A stretch of DNA of 64,000 nt from Octopus sinensis (Eukaryota). Of the stretch, positions 27,216-39,760 are shown piece by piece; the first letter of the stretch is position 1; each line of letters starts with the position of its first letter. A program made the translations under genes and the position numbers. The stretch is from NCBI RefSeq assembly GCF_006345805.1, contig NC_043005.1:48050001-48114000 (forward strand), written 5' to 3'. The notes below the pieces were generated by a model. It was not told the DNA's origin. It saw nothing but the letters and a program-made list of their open reading frames with translations, and did not search any database.

Positions 27216-27436
27216 ACCTTTTGTTACCGTATTTATTTTGAGATGCTCTGAGTTTCTTTCAATTATTTTAAATATAAAAAAGAATATAGTAAAATAACTT
27301 AGTTATCATTAAGCTGGTGTTAGGAACATAACGTGTGACTAATGTTTGGTGGAAAATTTTAATTCGAAATTTATAACAACAAGACATTTGTACTACAGAG
27401 CCAGAGCCGGTTTCAGCCGAGTTGGTAACAAAAGGG
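27216..27436. mobile_element. piggyBac-type MITE
   Basis: TTAA|ACCTTTTGTTACC ... GGTAACAAAAGGG|TTAA: terminal inverted repeats with a TTAA duplication. Confidence 0.85.
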
Positions 27437-28100
27437 TTAACAATATAATCAATAATAAACAAACAAGACATTAAACTTTCTCCTTATAGATCAGAAACCT
27501 GTGGGGATCCTAAATTATTTTATGTACAAGGCATATTAATTTTATGAAAGTAGTATATTAAGCTTTGCTAAACAGTATGATGATTATTTCCAGTGTTCTT
27601 CAGTGTATTAAGCAATTTTCATTAAAGTACAAGTTCCTAATTGTGTATCACAAGAGGATTTATTAAGGATATTCTCTGACCGATATATATATGTATGTGC
27701 ATATGTGTGTATGTGCTTGAGTGTGTGCGTATATGTGTGAACATATATATATATATATATATGAAACTGCTATGATATTTTGTGTCTTTGACTGAAGAGG
27801 TAAACTCAGCTGCAAATATTCTATGTATCGTGTCATTGTTTAATTTCCCATTCATTTAGTTTTCATCTACTTTCCCATTTACTCTATTTTCGTCTAACTT
27901 TTCTCCTAGTTGTATTCTTTTGGTTTAACCCTTGATATATGTTGCTGAGGAAATTTGGAACTCAACTGAGGAGAGAAAATTCCGAATGACCCGTCCTTGT
28001 TTTTTCCCGTCCTTTTTTGTATCATCTAACTGTCCGGATGTTCTGTTGTCACCTGTTACATTCTTGTTCCATTTTTTGTTTTGTTTTATGTATATATATA

Positions 28101-29368
28101 CATGGGTTGGACAAAATAATGGAAACACCTTAAAATTTCAAAATAATTAATTTTAACATGGGGTAGGACTACCTTTGACTGTAATTACAGCTTGAATTCT
28201 ACAAGGTATGGCCTCATACAAAGTTTCAATTGTTTCCAAAGAAATTTTTGTCCATTCTTCAGCTAAAACAGTCTCCAGTTCCTGTAGTGATGATGGTGGA
28301 GGACATCAACTCCTTACTTGTTTTTCTAAAATACACCATAAACATTGAATAATATTGAGATCTGGGGACTGTGGTGGCCAGATAAGATGTTCAACTTCTC
28401 TAGAATGTTCTTTGTGCCATTCAGTAACAATTTTAGCTGTGTGAACTGGTGTATTATCATCCTGAAAGATTGTGTATCCCTCCAGAAACAGTTCAGCAAC
28501 CATAGGATGAATTTGATCAGGTAAAATGCTTAAACAGTCTTGACTATTAATTCTACTGTGAAGGGAAACCATTGGGCTGGTGGATTTCCAAGATATAACC
28601 CACCAGATCATCATAGATCCTTCTCCATGTTTAACAGTTAGAAGAAGGCAGTCTGGGTCAAATGCTTCTTTTGGCTCTCTCCACATGTATAGTCAGCCGG
28701 TGGTCAGAAATAAAGTAAAGGATGACTCATCCAAGAAAATAATACTCTTCCACTGCTCAAGGAATCAATTCTGTAGGTTTTTACTCCACTCTAAATACTT
28801 TAGAACATTTGTTTTTGAAAGTAGTGGTTTTCTGATTGCAGCCCTCCCACGAAATCCAGCTTTGTGCAGCTCCCAGCAAACAGGTTTTGAGGAAACTGGG
28901 TGTTTGAGATGGTCATTAAGCTCTGCAGTAATTTTGGGAGTTGTACTTTTGTGATCCTTTCTAACAATTCACGTATGAGTCCAATGGTCCCTATCTGAAA
29001 GTTTTGGTTTTCTTCCAGAGTTTTGTTTCAACAAGGATGTTTTTCCCTCTCTCAAAGGCTGTCATTACTTTCAAGATAGTACTTCTTGATACACCAAACA
29101 TTTCAGTTGTTTTCGTTATGCTAGTGCCTGCCATATGAACACCAACAATTTGACTTCTTTGAAAGTCCAATAGATCTGTCATTTTAATGTATTTTAATTA
29201 TCTTTTTCTGATGATATCTGAAAAGAAAGAGCAATTTTAGCAAAACATATTAAGCAACACTAAAAATATATAAAAGACATAAAAATGAACAAGTTTTTGA
29301 CAGTTTTTATAGATATTTCAAAATTATGATGCTTTGATGATAGGTGTTTCCATTATTTTGTCCAGCCC

Positions 29369-29371
<3 letters not shown>
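28101..29371 (-). mobile_element. Full-length decayed Tc1/mariner DNA transposon, DD36E (Incomer-like) spacing
   Basis: 30-bp TIRs CATGGGTTGGACAAAATAATGGAAACACCT (28101) and AGGTGTTTCCATTATTTTGTCCAGCCCCCA (ends 29371), each flanked by TA. Length about 1.27 kb, with a transposase pseudogene inside. Confidence 0.95.
28153..29182 (-). pseudogene. Tc1-family transposase pseudogene (about 343 codons, one frameshift, four internal stops)
   Basis: Translation: MTDLLDFQRSQIVG... (HTH), GRKPKLSDRD, RAAIRKPLLS, IIFLDESSF (first D), VKHGEGSMMIW, FQDDNTPVHTAK (second D), WPPQSPDLNIIQ (catalytic E replaced by Q), ending KGSPTPC*. All four internal stops are TGA, consistent with CGA/TGG decay. Confidence 0.95.
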
Positions 29372-29415
<44 letters not shown>

Positions 29416-29779
29416 TGGTTCTAAAGAAGTTTGCTTCTCAACTACAAAGTTCTGAGTTTAATCTCACCTGGCTGACCCAAGCCTTTTGAATGTACATGGT
29501 AGATGGAAACTGAAAGAATTCTGCCACATATACATAAGTGTGTGCCTGCATGTGTGCATGTGTGTGTGTTTGTGTGTGTGTATGTGTGTGTGTGTGTGTA
29601 TGTGTGTGTGTGTGCGTGTGTGTGTTTGTTATTGTCTCTTTGTCTTGTGATTACTTGATGATCGTAAATCAATGTCACTACCATTCAGCTGGTGCCATGC
29701 ATTTTCTACCTGCTATGAAAACGTCTGGCCATGAAGAAATATTGTCATAATTGGGAACAGATGAGGCTTGTCAAGAGAA

Positions 29780-30170
29780 GAGGCATCCAGCATATGGAGC
29801 CCTCTTGTCTCCCAAGGATCATGCTCTATAGAGAACTTGCAATTGGAACAAGACCCAGAGGAGGTCCGAAATTCCGTTTTAAAGACCAGCTCAAATGGAC
29901 CTTGGCTCAAGCTAACATCCAGCCACCCTCATGGGAACAGATTGCCATGGATAGGACAGCCTATCCACAATGGAGCCAGCTCTTTCAAGCAGAACAGACA
30001 AGAGAATGAGGAGGCAAAATGCAGGAGAAAAAAGGAGCATCTTCAACATCCTTGACCTGCACTGACCATCCCATGTGAGTTCTGCCCATGACTTTTTCAC
30101 CACTGACTTGAATTCCAAGGTCACTTTCGGCACAAACATCAGCCAAGGAGACTGGATGGAAACTGATGAA
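29780..30170 (+). mobile_element. RTE-clade LINE ORF2 3' fragment
   Basis: MEPSCLPRIMLYRELAIGTRPRGGPKFRFKDQLK..SWEQIAMDR followed by a decayed C2H2-like CEFCP..HFRHKH motif. Confidence 0.85.
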
Positions 30171-30767
30171 CCCAATGCTTGAATAAGAGCTGGAGCCAAT
30201 GACATGCTTCAATTCATATTTGAATTTATTCCTAAATATGCATTGTTTGGGCATAGTAGTAGATGGATTTTACACCATTTCACATATAGTCATGGATAGG
30301 CTATTCAATCTGCCTCCAGTTTAGTTCAGGTACATGATGTACAAAACAATGCTGATGCTGTAAAATGGTGAAACATCTTTGGGCATCACTCCTAAACGGG
30401 ACTTGGGGTGACTTGTCTCCCTTGTTTATACCTGTGACTTTCATGTGTTTTAACATTCAGCACTCTGAGAGGGTAATCCCCTGTGCATCAAATCACAGCC
30501 AACTGGCAAACTAGCAAACATATATTGTAGATGTGTATTTGGTAATGCCTCCAACGCTTGCACTACTTTTAATTCATATATAAATGCACACACACACACA
30601 CACACACTCACAAAGGTCAGTCTAAGTTTTTGTCTACCAAATGCACTTGCAAGGCTTTGGTTGGACCAGGGACATAATAGAAGAGCTGTTGCACAAGTGG
30701 GACTGAACATAAGAAGACATGGTTCAGAAGCTAGTATCCTAATACAGCCATACATACACACAGGCAT

Positions 30768-30814
<47 letters not shown>

Positions 30815-33800
30815 TACACCCTCATCAGCACTGTTTTGTCTTCTGACCATGCTGGCATGGCTTGCATGGGTCACCATAGCTGGAATCGACACATATTTGT
30901 GCTTTGTGCTTGGTTTCTACAGCTGGATGCACTATTTTACACTAACTATTTTATTACATGCACTTCATTGCATTTTTATGATACCAATACTAGACAGCTA
31001 CATATCCTGTATTCTGTTTGTCTAAGTTGTATGAGTTCATAAAAAGCAGCCATGTTGGTGCCACATAAAAGACTCCAATACTGGCACCATGTAAAAATCT
31101 CCCAGTACACTCTGTAAAGTGATTGGCATTAAAGTACATCCAGTTATAGAAACCTTGCCAAAACAGACAATTTGGAGCTTGATGCAGCTCTCCAGTTTTC
31201 CAGAACCTATCAACTTGTCCGACCTATGACAGCATGGAAAATGGACGTTAAATAATGCTGATGGTGGAAGTGGTGGTGGTGGCGGTGGCAGTGGCAGTGG
31301 CGGTGGTGGCAGCAGCAGCAGCGATGGTGATGGTGATGTGTGATGATGATTTCTTTTTCTTTATTTTTCCTTCATCTTAGACACCACCTGAGTGTGCTCA
31401 AACAAGTGTGCAATTCTGTTGATTAATGAACTGAAATATCAAATGAAAATGATTGTATTTTGTCCCTTTTGTTTTACCTATACAAGATACAAACAAGGTA
31501 ACCATACCTCTGTAGCATTAGCAGGGCAGTCGAATTACTTCATCCCAGCGTAGTAGCACACTGGTGCTGTGTTCAAATGCTCTTTAAAAGCTAATGGCAA
31601 AGGAATACACATGATGACTTCTGTCCAGAGTAATACCCTGTGCTTTTGAAAGACATTTTATCCAGTCACTGTCTAAATGTCGGAACGTTAACATCTGGTT
31701 CCCTTTCATCCCTGCTTTGCTTTATCCATTCAGATGTAGACACTAATCTATCAACGAGCTGGTGGCTTGTCTAGTTCGACACACTATGGGATATCTACCT
31801 CGCCTCACTACCACTTGAAGACTCAATTGGATATTTTAGATTTGCTACCAAGTACCAGAGCTAACTAACTACCTTGATGTGTATTAAGGAATTAACTCAT
31901 GCCTCCTACACCCTGTTGTCTTGTATGCTTATCTCTGTTGTGCCAGCTACTTCATGTGTGAGCAAGGAATAAATTATGTTTGTTAACCAAAAGCATTACC
32001 TTCTGATTTTTATTGTTACCTTTAAGTAAAACATGCATTTATACATTTCAAACCTTCTTATATGCACACATCTAAATATACTTCCTAAACTGGTAAAGCC
32101 CAACTCTTATTTAGCTCTTGTTACACCTCTGTTGTCCAAGTTGTCCTAACTTTCCATGCTTAATTTTCTGATACACACACACATACTTGCACTTGTCTAA
32201 CATGATTATTTTCTTATAGCACAGGTAGAATCTGTTTCTCTACATTGGTTATTTATGCATTGTAGGAACAATTCATTTTTACATCAATATGCCCTAGCTT
32301 TTGCTAGCTCTTCAGCCTTATAGCAGGAATGAAAATCATTTGTTAGCTGGAGAGAATGAACCACATAAGGTAATGCAACTTACCTTTTGGCAAAACAGAG
32401 TGAGTGAGATAGCAAAGATTAAACATATGGTTTTATAAGCAGAAATTCAAGCACATCCTATGCAATGCACTTCCTTTTAACTTGAAATTCCTCTCGTAAA
32501 CCTTGTGATATCTTAAACTAGTTATAAATTGTAAATTTAATGTGAAATTTAAACTGAAATCCCTAGATTGACATATATGCTGTTTTGACTTGTGTCACTA
32601 TATCTAGTTCTGATGTCTCTATACTACAAATAATGTCAGACAAGAATGCTAACATGAGTGCTTGTGATACGCAACAAAGCAGTAATAGACATAAATTATT
32701 CACATCTTTATGTTAAGGCAATTTTGATTGAAGAATCTTCCTGTATTGTATAATGTTCCCTTCCAGACTATGATAGATTTTTGCTGCTCTGCTCTATTTT
32801 TAACCTTTGAGTCAACTGCTGCAACTGAGTAAATTATTAAAAGAGGCATGAAACACAGACAATTTTCTAGCTTTTATTCTCCCTTTCTGTTTGATCAAAT
32901 GTCTTTCAGTTTGTATCCAAACAATTGCTACTGTTGTGTTGAAAAGCAAAATAATTGAAGTTTCTTCATCTCCTGTAGGTTCTGACCCCCAAATTTAAGA
33001 TCTGGGAATGTAATTTCAAACAAGAATATGTATAAAATCATATCCTCACAGCAGCTTTATTATTATAACTAGTCTTTCAAACGGCGAAATCCAGTGTTTT
33101 TAAGTGGATAAGATTAAAGATATCTATAAGTACAAGCATTTCTTCATGATTCAAGGGAATTTCACTGTTGATTGGTTATGGTATGAAATTCTCTTGTGAC
33201 TCATGTTGATATCTTGTCAGCAAATGGATGCTCTATAAAATGTTTAACTGACCAAAAACAGCTTTACTGAATATGTCTTCAATTCTCAATTTTGATACGG
33301 CAGACCCAGGGGTCTTCCTTTACAGTTTGTTATAGACATTTCAATTTTATGACATTATTCTCTGTGGGGAGTTTCTGAAAGATAAAAGCACCAAAGTGTT
33401 TCTAATTAGAAATGCTCATAAGAAACAATAATCTAATAGAGAAGCGAAATGTCATCAATAAGCAGTAGGCACCTGCTCAAATGTTTGCTGCATCAAAGAA
33501 TGAAAGCATCCGTTTACATAATCACTGATAAGTAATGTAAAAAGAACTAAAGCAATTTTAATATTTCTTCCATCGCCATATTTTAGTGCTTCTCATTCCT
33601 TATTTTTAAAGTGAAAGCTAATGCGACTGGACATAAATTCTGGCATAAAAATAAGACGTCATTCAATTGTTACCTTAGCTGTTGTCTGCTTTCACAAAAG
33701 ATTCCATTATTGCTCGTTTTTATTTTATCCTTTTTCTATTTCTTTAATGTAGAGAAACCAGTAATTTATGACTCATTGAAAGTTCATATTTTCAAGACAT

Positions 33801-33948
33801 TTTCTATATTCTAACACGGGTAAGAGATATCATCTGGATATATATCACTAGAAACTATAAAGGAGGTATGACTATGAGAAATATAACTACATAAAATATC
33901 CTGTCACATCAATGAAAAGTATATTATGAGACTCTATATAAATACATG

Positions 33949-33991
<43 letters not shown>

Positions 33992-34103
33992 GCATACGTT
34001 CTCTCACACACATTCATGCAAGCACAAACACACATGCAAACATGTTTATAAGAATACACATGTACAGGCATAAATATGTACCTTACAAAAAAAATAAAGA
34101 AAA

Positions 34104-34104
<1 letters not shown>

Positions 34105-34160
<56 letters not shown>

Positions 34161-34203
34161 TTTATTCACTAAACTTCTGATTTATTATTTATTATTATTA
34201 TTG

Positions 34204-34274
<71 letters not shown>

Positions 34275-34287
34275 GTTGTTATTATTA

Positions 34288-34325
<38 letters not shown>
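34105..34325. repeat. (ATT)n microsatellite
   Basis: Two tracts separated by about 30 bp. Confidence 0.95.
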
Positions 34326-34743
34326 TGCATACATTGAAACAAAGTTGCATGGCTTATTAAATGACAACCAAGTTGGTCTTTCCAACATTTGCATATTGCT
34401 ATATGGAATTCACTGGCGAAATTAAGGCATTCTTCCTGGCAAAAGTAGGGGCAGCATATAAGTATAGGGTGTATAGTTTGTCTCATTTAAATATTTGTAT
34501 AGAAGAGATCTGAAACTATCGGAATGTACAGAATACAGCAACAGAAGCATTATCATGTATCTTTTAACCTGTCTAAAAGAGAATTGTAATTTCTGTCCCC
34601 ATTTTGAAGTTGTATAATATATATATTATATATATATGTATGCATGGTATGTTTGTCTATGTATGTGAGCATGTATGTGTATGTGTGTGAGCATATATGT
34701 GTATATATATTTATGTATCTATCTATCTATCTATCTATTTCCC

Positions 34744-34781
<38 letters not shown>

Positions 34782-36059
34782 ATATTATATATATATATAT
34801 ATTATATATATACATGGTATGTATATGTATGTGTGTGAGCATGTATGTGTATGTATGTATATATATATGTATATATATATAAGTATATATATATAAATAT
34901 ATATATAAATATTTATATATATATATATGATGGCTGCCCCCTCGTTATCGAGTATTGCCATTGCACGATGCTTAATCAATGTTGTTATCGTGCAATGCCT
35001 GTGCAAGAAGATTTTTTTTTAAGTGAGGAAAGGCTGTGCACTGAGTTAATCTCACTCACTAAGTAACAGCAGCCATAATCCAAAAAGAAGAACAAGTCAA
35101 CATCATCGGTAACCACTGAGCCGCAGGTTTTATGTCGGAGTTATCCCAGTTACCTGAGTTACCATCTCCTAGAAGGATGCCCTAACAAAGGCTAAGAGTC
35201 CTTCACTCCCAATGGTTTAACTGCGCGATTGGGTATTCAGTCTGATTATTTCTATGTCCCCGCGCATATATATATATATATAATAACGGGTAAAATTTAC
35301 GAATTGATAATTAATAATTTTACCAAGTTGATCAGTATGTTAAAAAACCTTTATTGGTAAACCTTATACAAAAATGTTTGTATATATGTATATGAATATA
35401 CATATATTGTTAGACAATGTATGAGGGATCAACAGTTTCTTTCTGAACAACCTCACAGATAATGTGTTTATTGTGATCAAATATTTGTGTAGACATAAGC
35501 TCACTCCTTCCACCAAATCAACATTACCTGTACAGGTGCAACTGGGTGCCACATGTCAGATGTCAAAATGACTGCAGAGCGACGTCAAATGAAGTGCTTT
35601 GCTCAAGAACACAACACAAGGCCCAGTCTGGGAATCGAACCTGTGATCTCGCAATTGCGAGTGCAACACCATAGCCACAAACCCTTGCACCTTCACACAC
35701 ACACACACATATATATAGACAGATTGATTGGTAGATAGATAGATGGATAGATAAAACTTACTTGGGAAAGGATGTGTGGTATTCAATCAAATAATAATAT
35801 AAATAATATATAAACATATGCATATATATCCCAAATTTGATTTAATTTGCTTTGCGGGAAGGACTGTTTGAATGAAGTTGGGTATTGTCCCTACCTTCGA
35901 AATATGGAGAAGATGAAACAGGGACAACAGATGAAGGGAAAGTTCTTTATGTTGCATGACTTGATTCTCTGTTTGTTTTTTTCGTTGTTCGAAAAAAGAC
36001 AATTTTCTGTTGTGTCTACCTTTTTTTTTTGATGTCCTGTACCCATATATTCATGTATC

Positions 36060-36490
36060 ATCATCATCATCATCATCATCATCATTTAGCGTCCGTTTTC
36101 CATGCTAGCATGGTTGGACGGTTCAACTGGGGTCTGGGGAGCCGAAGGCTGCACCAGGCCATCAGATCTGGCAGTGTTTCTACAGCTGGATGCCCTTCCT
36201 AACCCACCCTCCGAAGTGTAGTGGGTGATTTTATGTGCCACCGACACAGGTGCCAGACGAGGCTGGCGAACGGCCACGCTCGGATGGTGTTTTTATGTGC
36301 CACCGACACAGGTGCCAGATGAGGCTGGCAGACGGCCACGATCGGATGGTGTTTGTTACGTCCCCAAAGCACGGAGGCCAGTCTATGCGGTACTGGCTAC
36401 GGCCACGTTCGGATGATTTTCTTGTGTGCCACCGGCACTGGTACCACAAAGATACAAATTCCATTTATGTTCATCTATTTTGATTTGTAC
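36060..36490 (-). mobile_element. RTE-tailed family D copy with 3-4 internal units
   Basis: (ATC)n then TTTAGCGTCCGTTTTCCATGCTAGCATG; repeated TTTTATGTGCCACCGACACAGG..CGGATGGTG units at 36230-36440. Confidence 0.8.
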
Positions 36491-36531
36491 ATATATGTAT
36501 GTATATATGCATATATTTATGTATTATTTAT

Positions 36532-36574
<43 letters not shown>

Positions 36575-36660
36575 TATCCAAACATGAAACCTCAACAATG
36601 CGAGGACGTGGAACAAGTATAGTGTTATTGGATGCTCAGGAAAGGAAAGAAAGAAGGAAG

Positions 36661-36695
36661 ATTTAACGTTTCGAGCAGAGCTCTTCGTCAGAAAC
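36661..36695 (-). ncRNA. Candidate minimal hammerhead ribozyme in a Penelope-type terminal fragment
   Basis: Minus strand reads GTTT CTGACGA A GAGC-TCT-GCTC GAAAC GTT AAAT: core boxes, 4-bp stem II, palindromic ACGT, and 4-bp stem I. Confidence 0.6.
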
Positions 36696-37073
36696 ATAGG
36701 AAAACAAAAGATCCAAGGAAGGGAAGATGGAGGAAAAAATTGCCAACAATACACACACGGTAACATTTTGAAATATATACATATAATGTGTTTGTATGTG
36801 TATTGTATCTGGTTTGCAACATTCTTCATATGAAGTTGTGTTGAAGCAAATTATGTTGTGTCTGGGGAGAGTCATTTTATCTTAATGCCTTATTATCTAA
36901 CACACTCACAGGTTTAATTTCTGCAACGAAAATTTTGGAAGGAAAAGTATAAATAATAAATGAGTGGAAATCGAACCAGTGTGTGTATTAGATAATAAGA
37001 TATTAAGACAATAGGACTCACCACAGACACAATATATTATATATATATATATAGTTTATATATATATATATAT

Positions 37074-37138
<65 letters not shown>

Positions 37139-37378
37139 GATATATATATATATAATATATATATATATATATTATGTGAAATAGAAAGATGAATAATCTT
37201 GTAGCAGATTAATCAAAAGTTTAACCGATACCTTGGTAGCAAAATCACAGCAGAAGACAGCACGGTTGGGGTACAACCTATGGTGTTGCTACCGTGCGTT
37301 GGTGCGGATAATTGAATTTTAATATTATTGGTGAATTGAAGAAATGGAGCTGAACGAAGATTGAACAGAAATCATTTT

Positions 37379-37463
37379 ATTTCATTCTACACGTGTTTCG
37401 AAAGGCACAATTTACCAAAATCCGATTGAATAATGAGACCATATTGTGTCTTTCTCTTCAGGA
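37379..37463 (-). ncRNA. Mirror-image hammerhead core on the minus strand
   Basis: Same CTGAAGA...GAAACACGTGTA core read from the left arm. The 5' strand of stem I is truncated to about 2 bp by the inversion point. Confidence 0.5.
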
Positions 37464-37468
37464 TTCCT

Positions 37469-37558
37469 ATTTCTTCCTGAAGAGAAAGACACAATATGGT
37501 CTCATTATTCAATCGGATTTTGGTAAATTGTGCCTTCGAAACACGTGTAGAATGAAAT
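37469..37558 (+). ncRNA. Candidate type I hammerhead ribozyme (Penelope-type)
   Basis: Stem I ATTTCTTC/GAA(T)GAAAT; core CTGAAGA (37477-37483); stem II GAAAG-A-CACAAT/ATTGTG-C-CTTC; GAAAC; palindromic ACACGTGT stem III; GUA cleavage triplet (cut predicted at 37549/37550). Confidence 0.7.
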
Positions 37559-38590
37559 AAAACGATTTCTGTTCAATCTTCGTTCAGCTCCATTTCTTCA
37601 ATTCACCAATAATATATATATATATATATATAATATAATATATATATATATACATATATACACACACATACACACACACAGCATTGTAGTTATCAACCTG
37701 TCTTTTTGTTTCCATTGTATTTTTACATTTTTTTCTTCCTTATTTTTAGTTAGCATGCAATAACATCAGTATTATTTTGCCAGGTAGTACATAACAAACA
37801 CCAGTTGTGACCGGACTGATGCTGAACCACCAATTGCATCTTTTTTTTTTGTTGGTTTTATTTTAAGAAGGAAAAAAAAAGGGTCAGTTTTTTTTTCTTT
37901 TCTGTTTGATTTATACGTTTTTACACAGAATGTAGGGAGTGGTGGAGAGTCTGTGGAGACAGGGATTGTGACAGACAGGTATGAATATACAAACATAGAC
38001 ACAAACATACACTTATGTATATAGAACAGAGCCATTTTCTTCAGGGGAAAGTCAAAAGATCAATCTTCCTTCCACTCTACAATGGATTGGCTAAAGGAAA
38101 ATAAAAAATGGTGAGATGAAGAAATTGTGTAATGATTCCATTGTTCCAAAGACATGGAGATTGGGGGGGGGTCTGGAAGAGAGGAAACAAACAACGTAAG
38201 ATCATTTCATTCCTCAGTATCTGGATTCTTTGCTCAAAGATGTCAAAACGATGATGATGATGATGATGATATATATATATATATGTAAAAAGCATTGGTA
38301 TCGGTGCCGATGCCATGAAAAAAGCATTGCAGTACACTCTGGAGAGTGGTTGGTGTTAGGAAGAGCTCCCAACCATAAAAACAAGCCAAAACAGACTACA
38401 GAACTTTTTTGCAGGCCCTGACCTTGCCAATTCTTGCCAAGCCATCCAACCCATGTCAGCATGGGAAACAGACATTAAATGTCGATGATGATGATGATGA
38501 TGATGATATATATTACATATTGTTCTCTTATTATTGGGATCAATAATTATATATATTATATATATATATATAAACTTACATAGTAGATAT

Positions 38591-38823
38591 CTTTTTCTTT
38601 CTTGTTTCAGTCATTAGACTGTGGCCATGCTGGGGCACCACCTTGAAGAATTTTAGTTGAACAAATTGACCTTAGTACTTAGATTTTTAAAGCCTGGTAA
38701 ATATTCTATCAGTCTCTTTTGACGAATTGCTAAGTTATAGGGACATAAACACACCAATCAGTTGTCAAGAAGTGGTAGAGAACAAACACAGACACAATAA
38801 CAGATACACACACACACACATAT

Positions 38824-38855
<32 letters not shown>

Positions 38856-39043
38856 CAATATGCACACACACATTTATATATGCATATACAATGGGCTTCT
38901 TTCAGTTTCTGTCTACCAAATCAACTCACATTGATTTAGTTGACCTAAGGCTATAGTAGTAGAGACTTGCTCAAGGTGTTATGCCGTGGGACTGAACCCA
39001 GAAGCGTATGGTTGGCAAGCAAATTTCTTACCACATAAACATG
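38591..39043 (-). mobile_element. SINE family B
   Basis: Complete copy in reverse orientation. Confidence 0.8.
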
Positions 39044-39479
39044 TCAAACCTACCTAATTTCTGTGAAGACAGAGAAAATGACGAATCACCTGATTTGATA
39101 ATTTGTTATCTGCATTACAAATACAAAATGCATGTATATTCAATGGGCTAAATAGTCTATTGAAATCTTGCCATTTTAGTAGCGGAACACCTATCCAGTG
39201 ACAAGGAAATTGATTGATAAAGCAAGGAAATTGCCAGGAACCTTCTTTATATAATTAAGTAGTTTTTGGCTAAACTTTTTATTTTTATTTGTGTCTTCTG
39301 TTATTTCCAGTAATTTCCTATTTGGTTCGGAGGGGCTTTTTAAACCTTGCAAAAGGATTCAGCATAAAACGGCAAAAATACTAACTCTTTATTGCATTAG
39401 AAAATAATCTCACAATTGACTACTTCAAACAGCGTGGAAAGAAAGTCAATCAATAAATATAATCAATAACCTTTTGACC

Positions 39480-39760
39480 TGCTTGCAGGCGTGCAATGAA
39501 AATCAACAGGGCTGTTCACCAAGGCGGAACATTTTGCACCTCAACAGAATACTCTGTCAGCTTGTCTTTGGCCATAATTACTAATGCATATATAATTATA
39601 TAATGACCTTACAATTACAGACAGAAGACTATATTACATATCCAGTAAGTGAAATTGTAGATTGGAAACACATGGCTTACAGCTGAAGATTGTTATAGAA
39701 GCTGCAGAATCAATTATTAAAGGAAAACCTATTGGCATGATCACTTAAATTAAAACTGCC
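39480..39760 (+). pseudogene. Possible heavily decayed reverse transcriptase fragment
   Basis: MKINRAVHQGGTF resembles the RT motif INRGVRQGD. Downstream motifs are ambiguous. Confidence 0.25.

Larger units (their letters stand above)
37322..37615. repeat. Near-perfect long inverted repeat (142/141-bp arms, 11-nt spacer), Penelope-type inverted terminal repeat
   Basis: Arms 37322-37463 and 37475-37615 differ by one substitution and one 1-bp indel. Set among (AT)n tracts. Confidence 0.95.

Noticed and set aside
28580-28954. Plus-strand 124-aa ORF
   Set aside because: Antisense to the Tc1 transposase.
34329-34430. Minus-strand exon candidate EECLNFASEFHIAICKCWKDQLGCHLISHATLFQ
   Set aside because: Plausible splice sites, but it could not be joined in phase to any other candidate or recognised as a known protein.
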